64,000 nt of DNA from Eubacteriales bacterium (GTDB lineage: Bacteria > Bacillota > Clostridia > Oscillospirales > CAG-272): NCBI GenBank assembly GCA_045580325.1, contig JAZNNR010000005.1, forward strand, positions 67,504 to 131,503, written 5' to 3'. How positions within the stretch are numbered: the stretch's first letter is position 1; each line of letters starts with the position of its first letter. The position numbers and the translations under genes are program-made. Below the pieces are notes generated by a model. That model was not told the origin of the DNA. It made no database searches and saw only the letters and a list, made by a program, of their open reading frames with translations. Of this stretch, positions 37,546 through 44,480 are shown piece after piece.

Positions 37546-38943
37546 TTAGCTCTGTGTCCAGTCTACTCCGTCGAGGGTATTGCCTGTTACAGTCTTAGTA
37601 CCGCCTGCAATAACGGGACCTGTTCCGGAACCGGAAACAAGGATCTTATTCGGGTTAGCGTCGTGGCCCTTAACACCGATCATAGTGTTGTTTGTAAATG
37701 TGAAGTTGCCTGTTACGCCGCCACCAAGAGTCTTAAATACACCATCTCCGGTGTTGAAGGTGCAGTTATCAATGGTTACGTTTCCGTTGATAGTGCTGTT
37801 TATAAGAATTGCCCAAGAACCAAAGTTGTTGAATGTACAACCTGTAAATACGAGATCGCCTGTGGTTGCACCGCTGTGAGAAACAGCATAGTCGCCTGTG
37901 CCCTTACCGTCGAAGGTGCAATCAACAACTGTGAAGTTACCTGCAACGGGACTGATCGCTGCATCAGCGTGCTTTCCACCGCCACTTACGAAAGAGCAAT
38001 CAACAACTGTAACGTCGCCGGTGAAGCCTGCTTCGGACGAGATGTTCTTTCCGGTTGTTTCGGTGTCAACAATACCGGTGATTACAACGTTCTCAGCGGT
38101 AGCGTTTGCAGTGAAGGCAACATTAGCGTTTGCACCCGAGAAATCAAGAGTCTTGTTTGCAATAGCGCCGTCAATTGTCAAAGTGTTGTTTGTAAGAGCT
38201 GCAGGGGAAATAATGAGATATGCCTCTTCATCAGAAGCAAGAGCTGCAGCGAGATCTGCGGGTGTGCTTACGGGAACAGCCTTTATAAGGCCAACGGTAT
38301 CAAATGCTTCGTATACGTTGTCGCCAACATTTTCAACCTGAACAGCATCAGCTACAACCTTGATATCGAAAGAGCCTGCGAGTTCAGCAGCCTGATACTG
38401 ATCGAGCGCGCTGTTAATTGTTACTGTGTCGAATACTACGAATTTCTCATCGGGAGCAATTGCCTTGTCATAGTAAATCTGATAAACAAAAGCATCGTTT
38501 TCATAGTCATAGTATGCTACTTCAGTGTGAATGGGTGCGTGACCATTGTACTTGTAGTTTACAAAGTTTTCGAGAGCAACCATTCTTGTACCGAATACGT
38601 CCTGCCAAACAGAAGCGTCGGTAATGGTTATGGTAGCGCGGATATACTCATCATAGGAACCGGTATTTTCGATATGTACTTCCTTGAAGAGCTCGTCGCC
38701 GGGGAGGATGTTTTCGAACTTGATACCATCCAGCTTAGGTTCATTTCCGTTGTCTTCGGGAGTGTCATCTTCCCAAACATCTACGGAGAAAATACTATCG
38801 GGATCATCTTCAGAATTTGCGATGTAGAAGTTGTTGGTTACTTCATCTTTAGCGGTGAACCATGCCAATGTGCTCATAGAAGCAATGGCAATGAGACAAA
38901 CAGCCAAAGAGAGCGCCAAAACTTTCTTTTTGGTAAGTTTCAT
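37546..38943 (-). CDS. 465-aa TasA-like N-domain protein with beta-helix-like C-terminus, SipW-type signal (class II: ..MSTLAWFTAKDEVTN)
   Basis: Start moved to ATG 38943 (MKLTKKKVLALSLAV..) after AAAAGGAGAAAAA. Motifs: ILPGDELFKEVHIENTGSYDEY and QYQAAELAGSFDIKVVADAVQ. Confidence 0.8.
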   Translation of the reverse strand: MKLTKKKVLALSLAVCLIAIASMSTLAWFTAKDEVTNNFYIANSEDDPDSIFSVDVWEDDTPEDNGNEPKLDGIKFENILPGDELFKEVHIENTGSYDEYIRATITITDASVWQDVFGTRMVALENFVNYKYNGHAPIHTEVAYYDYENDAFVYQIYYDKAIAPDEKFVVFDTVTINSALDQYQAAELAGSFDIKVVADAVQVENVGDNVYEAFDTVGLIKAVPVSTPADLAAALASDEEAYLIISPAALTNNTLTIDGAIANKTLDFSGANANVAFTANATAENVVITGIVDTETTGKNISSEAGFTGDVTVVDCSFVSGGGKHADAAISPVAGNFTVVDCTFDGKGTGDYAVSHSGATTGDLVFTGCTFNNFGSWAILINSTINGNVTIDNCTFNTGDGVFKTLGGGVTGNFTFTNNTMIGVKGHDANPNKILVSGSGTGPVIAGGTKTVTGNTLDGVDWTQS

Positions 38944-39092
38944 TGAATTTTTCTCCTTTTTATTATTTAATTGTTGATGGTTTACTTGTTTTGATAAGAC
39001 TTTCACAGCAATTTCCCTCCTTTCTTCAAAATTTATATTTCAAACTCATACCTACTGGAATTCCTTTAATAGATAAAAGTTGGAAATCAAGG

Positions 39093-39731
39093 TTACTCGG
39101 ATTTTTCGTCCGACTTTTCAGCACGAAGGCGTTCAAGCTCTGCTTTCAGACGCTCATTCTCCTCGCTTATCGCGTTTAATTCAGCCTGCTTTTCAGCTAC
39201 TTCGGGAGTTGTCTCGGGAGCTTTTTCGGGGTCTGCTACGACTTTTTCCTTCTTTTTTATTATATCAGGCAAAAATACGAGCGCAATGAGGAGCAGTCCC
39301 AAGCCCAGTGTGATATACATACCGGGGGGATTCTGAACGAAATCGGAAACGTATCCGAGCTTCGGAATGGAAAACTTCGGAACACCGATAAGGTTATTGA
39401 AGTGAACAGGTGCGTCCTCGGTGTCGTTCGTGTCGCCCTTGGTAATAAACTGTTTCTTTTCATTGTCGATTCTGACAACTCTGTGAGTACCGACCACGAG
39501 ATCCTCGTTTACTACAAATGTAATAACGTCGCCGACCTTGATAGTAGAAGGATCGACCTCTTTTACGTAAATAAGATCTCCGACGCTGTACTCGGGCTCC
39601 ATTGAAGGAGAAATAACGTTATAGCATTCATATCCGATAAGGCGCGAGCCCATCAGAAAGACTGCACAAAGAACCATCAGTATAACGATAACGGTAGTTG
39701 TGATACTCCATATTTTTTTTAGCGTAGTCAT
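39093..39731 (-). CDS. sipW: Signal peptidase I, archaeal/ER type (SipW-like, S26B)
   Basis: Start ATG 39731 (MTTLKKIW..). Motifs: ISPSMEPEYSVGDLIYVKE (catalytic Ser), GDVITF, GTHRVV (catalytic His), TKGDTNDTED. There is a second TM, then the coiled-coil acidic tail AEKQAELNAISEENERLKAELERLRAEK. Confidence 0.85.
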   Translation of the reverse strand: MTTLKKIWSITTTVIVILMVLCAVFLMGSRLIGYECYNVISPSMEPEYSVGDLIYVKEVDPSTIKVGDVITFVVNEDLVVGTHRVVRIDNEKKQFITKGDTNDTEDAPVHFNNLIGVPKFSIPKLGYVSDFVQNPPGMYITLGLGLLLIALVFLPDIIKKKEKVVADPEKAPETTPEVAEKQAELNAISEENERLKAELERLRAEKSDEKSE

Positions 39732-39762
39732 AGTATATGTACTCCTTATGATAGGTGTGAAC

Positions 39763-40473
39763 TTAGTCTGCGTTTTCTTCTTCGTTTGATGCTTCGGCAG
39801 GCTGCGAGTTTTTCTCTTCAAGCTGAGCCTTGAGAGCTTTCAGTTCCTCGAGCATCTTTGCATTTTCTGCCTTTTCCGACTCGATCAGATCTCTTTCTGC
39901 CTGCATTTCCTGCATCTGTTCCTGTCTGTATCTGCGGAAGAGGTTAAAGAATTTAACACCTTCGTAGAGAATTATCAGCATAAAGGGAGTGAAGATACAG
40001 ATGAAATATCCGGGAGTGGTCTTGAGGAAGTTGAAGAAAAATCCAAGACCCGGGATATGACTTTCGTACTTACCCAGAATGTAAGGGTAGGTAACGATCG
40101 TATCGTCGTCTGTGCCTGTTGTTGTACCGTATGTAATAAAGCCGGGGTTTCCTTCGGCATCAGTAGTAAGTTTGCGGATCTTATGGGTGATGATCCTTCC
40201 GAGGCTGTCCGAATCCTGAGACATAAAGGTGATGATGTCGCCCTCCTTCAAGGTGGAGGGATCTATTTCTTTTACGAAGATCAGGGCTCCTGCATTAAAG
40301 TCGGTCTTTGCCATCGAGTCCGAATTTACGATATACATCTTGTATCCGAAAATATCTCTGTCATTTCGGTTAAAGGTAGTTACCGAAACGACTGTGAATA
40401 TCATCATAGATATCGCCAGCAGTATAACAAGCCAGACAAGTGTTGTTTTTATTATGTTAAGAGCTTTTTTCAT
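39763..40473 (-). CDS. SipW-like signal peptidase paralog 2 (divergent, Ser/His retained) with C-terminal coiled-coil tail
   Basis: GYKMYIVNSDSMAKTDFNAGALIFVKE, GDIITF, ITHKIRK, TYGTTTGTDDD, a second TM, then EQMQEMQAERDLIESEKAENAKMLEELKALKAQLEEK. Confidence 0.75.
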   Translation of the reverse strand: MKKALNIIKTTLVWLVILLAISMMIFTVVSVTTFNRNDRDIFGYKMYIVNSDSMAKTDFNAGALIFVKEIDPSTLKEGDIITFMSQDSDSLGRIITHKIRKLTTDAEGNPGFITYGTTTGTDDDTIVTYPYILGKYESHIPGLGFFFNFLKTTPGYFICIFTPFMLIILYEGVKFFNLFRRYRQEQMQEMQAERDLIESEKAENAKMLEELKALKAQLEEKNSQPAEASNEEENAD

Positions 40474-40685
40474 ACAAGAAACGTTCTCCTTCGCTTAAAT
40501 ACTGCCAGAGGGTGCTGTGTAAAACTCCTATCGCAGTTGGTTTTCAAGGTATTATTAGCCACAAAGTGATAAAAGGCCGTATTCCCGCTCCGCCACACAA
40601 CACGAAGAAGATAATAAAACGTAAAAAAACAGGTTACAGACCAAATATTGAGCACTCTTAGCGCAAGGGATAACCATACAGATAA

Positions 40686-40714
40686 ATTGTAGCATAAATT
40701 TAAATAAAAATCAA
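40686..40714 (-). promoter_or_regulatory. Candidate SigA-type promoter for the minus-strand fibre operon
   Basis: On the minus strand: TTGATT (40714-40709), 17 nt, TACAAT (40691-40686). About 210-nt leader to ATG 40473. Confidence 0.4.
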
Positions 40715-40890
40715 GGGTTTTCGTAAAAAAATCTTATTTTATATTATAAATGTATATATTTAACTAATTTTACTGAATAAGACCGTAAATGTTGTGTTCT
40801 TTTCTTTTTCGTAGTGCGTTGTAAACAGTCAAAAGGTCATCAAAATTGTAAATTTAGAGAAAATAATGTGTAAATAATTTGTGAAAGGCA

Positions 40891-40919
40891 TTGTCAAGTC
40901 TTGATTCAGGTATTATAAT
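40891..40919 (+). promoter_or_regulatory. Candidate SigA-type promoter for the plus-strand fibre operon
   Basis: TTGTCA (40891-40896), 17 nt, TATAAT (40914-40919), about 100 nt upstream of ATG 41021. Confidence 0.45.
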
Positions 40920-41020
40920 TTTCTTGGTATATTATATTTTCAGGTCTGATAACTATGTTGTAAGTCGTTGCGAGTCGTGCTGATAAATATGACAGCGACA
41001 GTAAAATAAAGGAGTAATCT

Positions 41021-41857
41021 ATGGCAAATCAAAAAATGAAAAGCGTTCTATCCCTCGTTATCAAGATTGCCAGTTGGGTTTTGATAGCGTTTGCCGTCTT
41101 CATTATGATATTTACCATTGTTTCGATGGCTACCTTAAATAAAAACGACCGAAATATTTTTGGATACAAATTCCTGATCGTAAAAACCGATTCAATGAGT
41201 CTGTCCGAAAATAATGCTGACGATGACGTTCATTTCAGTGCGGGCGACGTTATTATTATCAAAGATGTAGAAAATGCGTGGGCACTTAAACCCGGTGATG
41301 TAATTTCATTTACCTCTTTCGACGAGGATAGCTATATGGAAACCATCACGCATATGATTTATGAGGTCAAGAAAGACGACAAAGGTAATGTAGTAGGCTA
41401 CGTTACATATGGTACTAATACAGGAGCTACGGACGAAGCCATTGTTGAGCCGGAGTATATTTTAGGTAAATATACAGGCAAGCTACCCGGCGTCGGTCAT
41501 TTCTTCGCTTTCATTAAATCCACACCCGGATATATCGTATGCATACTCATACCATTTCTTTTACTTATCCTTTATCACGCTGTTAATGTGGTTAAGCTCT
41601 TCAGACAGTATAAGAAAGAGCAAAACGCAGTTTTGGAGGCAGAGAAGGCACAAATTGCAGAAGAAAAACGTCAGACAGAACAAATGCTTCGCGAGCTCCA
41701 AGCATTGAAGGAGCAGTTGACAATGCAAGGTCAAGTTCCGACCGAATCAACACCTACGAAGGATACTGCTTTCACATCTGATGCCGAGGCTGCTTCGGAG
41801 TCTTCACCCGAAAACGAATCCAAACCCCATTCTGATTCTACAAACGAACAGGATTGA
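41021..41857 (+). CDS. SipW-like signal peptidase paralog 3 (closest to paralog 2) with C-terminal coiled-coil/acidic tail
   Basis: GYKFLIVKTDSMSLSE, GDVISF, ITHMIYEV, TYGTNTGATDE, a second TM, then KKEQNAVLEAEKAQIAEEKRQTEQMLRELQALKEQL. Confidence 0.75.
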   Translation: MANQKMKSVLSLVIKIASWVLIAFAVFIMIFTIVSMATLNKNDRNIFGYKFLIVKTDSMSLSENNADDDVHFSAGDVIIIKDVENAWALKPGDVISFTSFDEDSYMETITHMIYEVKKDDKGNVVGYVTYGTNTGATDEAIVEPEYILGKYTGKLPGVGHFFAFIKSTPGYIVCILIPFLLLILYHAVNVVKLFRQYKKEQNAVLEAEKAQIAEEKRQTEQMLRELQALKEQLTMQGQVPTESTPTKDTAFTSDAEAASESSPENESKPHSDSTNEQD

Positions 41858-41948
41858 AATTCGTGCGGCAAAATCAATTAGGTTATTCTAAAATTAACAT
41901 AGAATATACAAAAAAACTACCATTTATATTTTGAAAAGGAGAAAACAA

Positions 41949-44189
41949 ATGAACAACAAAACCACAAAACGCACTTTGGTTTCCAGCGTAGTAGCTCTTC
42001 TTATTTGCTTTACAATGCTCATAGGAACTACATACGCATGGTTTACTGATGTTGTTACCTCTTCGGATAACATCATCAAGACCGGTATTCTGGATGCTGC
42101 TGTAACATGGACAGATGATTTTGCAGCTGCAGAAGATACTTGGAACGACGTTGAGGATCCTAACACAGAAGCCATATTCAACTATGAGCTTTGGGAGCCC
42201 GGATACGTTGCTGTTCGTTACCTTAAGGTTGCGAATGTCGGAACCCTTGCTTTCAAGTATAAGCTTGTTATCATTACTAACGGCTCTCTTGAGGACAAGG
42301 ATGGCGTTAAGCTTTCTGACGTAATTGACGTTTATTACGCACCCTCTAAGGTTGACGTTCCCAATCGAGACCTTGACAACAACCCCAACCTTACCAAAGT
42401 TGGTACTCTTAGCGACCTGATAACCGGCACTTCGGTTGTTAACGGTGTGCTTCTTGCAGGTCAGACCGATAGCATTGACTATGGTACTATCGTTCTTAAG
42501 ATGCAGGAGTCTGCGGGCAACGAATATCAGGACCTCGCAGTTGGTACCTCCTTCGACCTTATGCTCTTCGCAACTCAGTATACCTACGAAGAGGACAGCT
42601 TCGACCACCTCTACGACGAAGGCGCTGATTTCCCTAAATTCGGTACCGGAAGCGCACCTATCGTAGAAGGTAGCGCAGGTGTAGACATTGAAGTTCGTAA
42701 CGACGCTGGATATAAGGTTGCTTCCGTTACTGTTACTAAGGAATCCTACGCAACCGATGAATCCCAGATTGACGTTATCATCACCGAGAGCGATTATGTT
42801 CCTAATATCACAATCGCAGCAGGACGTGAGACTGAAACCGTTGATGTAAAGGTTACAGGTATTAAGCCCGGTAACACCGCTCCTATTAAGGTTGAGTATA
42901 GAATCGCTACAGGTCTTGACCCCGCTACCGTAAAGGTTTACCACTATGATACAGAGATCGTTGGTATAAATGATCTTCCCGACTATAAGACCACCTACGA
43001 TCCTAGCACCGGATACGTAACATTCTACACAACATCCTTCAGCCCGTACACTATCGAGTACGATAAGGATTCTGTTTACGTTCCTCCGGTAACTGATCCC
43101 GACGAACTTCCCGAAGCAATAGTAGTTGGATCTCCCGAGTACGAAAACGTTGATCTTCCTTGGGGTAACTTCGGCGGCTTCGCTCCCACAGAGGGTCTTG
43201 ACAGCCATCTCGAGTCTGCATTCACATTCAGCTGTGCTCAGACCGCAGAACAGGCAAAGGCAAGCCCCTATGCTGATTGGCACTGCGATTTCTACGTAAA
43301 GCTTGACAAGGATCTTGGCGAAAACGAGATCTTCCTCGGCGGTAACTACGGCGACTTCGGTTGGGTAGGCTTCCACAACGGTGATCTTACCCTTGATGCT
43401 AACACCGAAATTCCGCTTCTTGGTAGCGTAACTACAAATCCTTGGACTTATGCGGACATCGTTTCCTTCGTTGGTACATTCATTTGCGGCGTAGGTGACG
43501 TTAATGACGCTCTTGCAGGTGCAACATTCACCGTAATGCTTCGCCTCACCAATCCTGCGGATGCTACCGATTTCCACGATGTAGCAACTATCAACCACGT
43601 CTTCGAGGATAACAGAATCTACAACGCTGCTGATCTCCAGACTGCTGTTAATGCAGGCGGAAAAGTTGTGCTTGGCGCAGACGTTAATATGAACGGCGCA
43701 GCACTTCAGATTCCCGAAAACAGCGAGGTTACTCTTGATCTGAACGGTTACACTCTCACCTCTAAGGACGGTGGCGAAGGCAACTGGATGGCTGTTAAGG
43801 TTAACAGAGGCGCTAATTTCACTCTTAACGATAGCAAGGGAACAGGTAAGATAGTTTCCTCTTGCTACGGTGTTTACGTAAATCCCGGAGCAACCTTCAC
43901 TATGAACGGTGGTACTATTTCCGTTAGCGGAAACGGTGCATACGATATGGGAGTTGTTGTCTGGAACGGTAAGTTTGTTATGAATGCGGGCACAGTTGAA
44001 GGTAAGTATAGTGTATACGCTTCTGACTATTGGAAGAATATCGGCGACACTACTTGCGACTGCGAGATTATCGTTGCAAACGGCTGCACTCTTAACGCTT
44101 TAGTAGATCAGGTTAACACAGCTGAGGCACCTACTGCAATTGTCAGTGTTCCTAGTGGCGTTGTAGTAAACAGCACTGTATCTCAGTAA
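41949..44189 (+). CDS. 746-aa TasA/camelysin-like N-domain protein with Ig-like and beta-helix-like modules, SipW-type signal (class I)
   Basis: Start ATG 41949 after AAAGGAGAAAACAA (MNNKTTKRTLVSSVVALLICFTMLIGTTYAWFTDVVTSSDN). Motifs: ELWEPGYVAVRYLKVANVGTLAFKY and MQESAGNEYQD..LMLFATQYTYEEDSF. Confidence 0.8.
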   Translation: MNNKTTKRTLVSSVVALLICFTMLIGTTYAWFTDVVTSSDNIIKTGILDAAVTWTDDFAAAEDTWNDVEDPNTEAIFNYELWEPGYVAVRYLKVANVGTLAFKYKLVIITNGSLEDKDGVKLSDVIDVYYAPSKVDVPNRDLDNNPNLTKVGTLSDLITGTSVVNGVLLAGQTDSIDYGTIVLKMQESAGNEYQDLAVGTSFDLMLFATQYTYEEDSFDHLYDEGADFPKFGTGSAPIVEGSAGVDIEVRNDAGYKVASVTVTKESYATDESQIDVIITESDYVPNITIAAGRETETVDVKVTGIKPGNTAPIKVEYRIATGLDPATVKVYHYDTEIVGINDLPDYKTTYDPSTGYVTFYTTSFSPYTIEYDKDSVYVPPVTDPDELPEAIVVGSPEYENVDLPWGNFGGFAPTEGLDSHLESAFTFSCAQTAEQAKASPYADWHCDFYVKLDKDLGENEIFLGGNYGDFGWVGFHNGDLTLDANTEIPLLGSVTTNPWTYADIVSFVGTFICGVGDVNDALAGATFTVMLRLTNPADATDFHDVATINHVFEDNRIYNAADLQTAVNAGGKVVLGADVNMNGAALQIPENSEVTLDLNGYTLTSKDGGEGNWMAVKVNRGANFTLNDSKGTGKIVSSCYGVYVNPGATFTMNGGTISVSGNGAYDMGVVVWNGKFVMNAGTVEGKYSVYASDYWKNIGDTTCDCEIIVANGCTLNALVDQVNTAEAPTAIVSVPSGVVVNSTVSQ

Positions 44190-44212
44190 TAATAGCTCAA
44201 GTAATTACAAAA

Positions 44213-44334
44213 GCCACCCGATTCCACGGGGTCGGGTGGCAACAAAAGAGCAGAAAGAAAGCGGTAAATGGTAGTTTACAAAAAATGTTATTTTCTGCTT
44301 TAACGCTAAATCGTAAATGCTATTTTTAGCAAAA
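44213..44334 (+). repeat. Leader/spacer module copy 1 (degenerate): GC hairpin plus weak GCAGAAA/TTTCTGC hairpin
   Basis: GCCACCCGA (44213-44221) pairs with TCGGGTGGC (44232-44240), followed by CAACAAAAGAGCAGAAAG..GTTTACAAAAAA..TTATTTTCTGC. It is in tandem with copy 2, with a period of about 126 nt. Confidence 0.6.
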
Positions 44335-44338
44335 ATGA

Positions 44339-44424
44339 GCCCCCGACCTTTTGGTCGGGCGGCAATAAAAGCGCAGAAAGAAGACAGTTTACAAAAAAAC
44401 TTATTTTCTGCGCTTCTATTGCCG
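44339..44424 (+). repeat. Leader module copy 2, upstream of the first giant gene: GC hairpin plus 20-bp long hairpin
   Basis: CCCGACC (44342-44348) pairs with GGTCGGG (44353-44359). CGGCAATAAAAGCGCAGAAA (44360-44379) pairs with TTTCTGCGCTTCTATTGCCG (44405-44424) at 19 of 20 positions. Confidence 0.65.
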
Positions 44425-44480
44425 AAAAGTCAGGCAAATAAATTTGTTAATGAAAATAATATAAATAAAAGGGAAAGAAA

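Noticed and set aside
37510-38946. 478-aa plus-strand ORF
   Set aside because: It is antisense to the 465-aa TasA-like gene (37546..38943). Its composition is C/V/N-rich, it starts at a non-ATG codon and it has no RBS. Shadow ORF.
39732-39821. N-terminal extension of sipW (track start 39821: MKRKTRSLPKHQTKKKTQ..)
   Set aside because: The extension overlaps the 3' end of the upstream peptidase paralog in another frame. ATG 39731 has an AAGGAG RBS and begins directly at the expected short n-region plus TM.
41883-43598. 571-aa ORF on the minus strand, the longest unannotated ORF in the track
   Set aside because: It is exactly antisense to the 746-aa SipW-type protein gene (41949..44189). It has no RBS, and its product is a low-complexity C/V/N/I/S-rich sequence with no signal or motifs. 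The sense strand carries clear family motifs, so this is a shadow ORF caused by the codon composition of the adhesin gene.
44190-44480. Repeated hairpin modules as a CRISPR array or as simple rho-independent terminators
   Set aside because: There are only two tandem units plus one distant copy. The units are ~126 nt and not separated by unique spacers, and no cas genes are present. The hairpins lack downstream U-tracts on the transcribed strand, so they are reported as a structured leader repeat instead.
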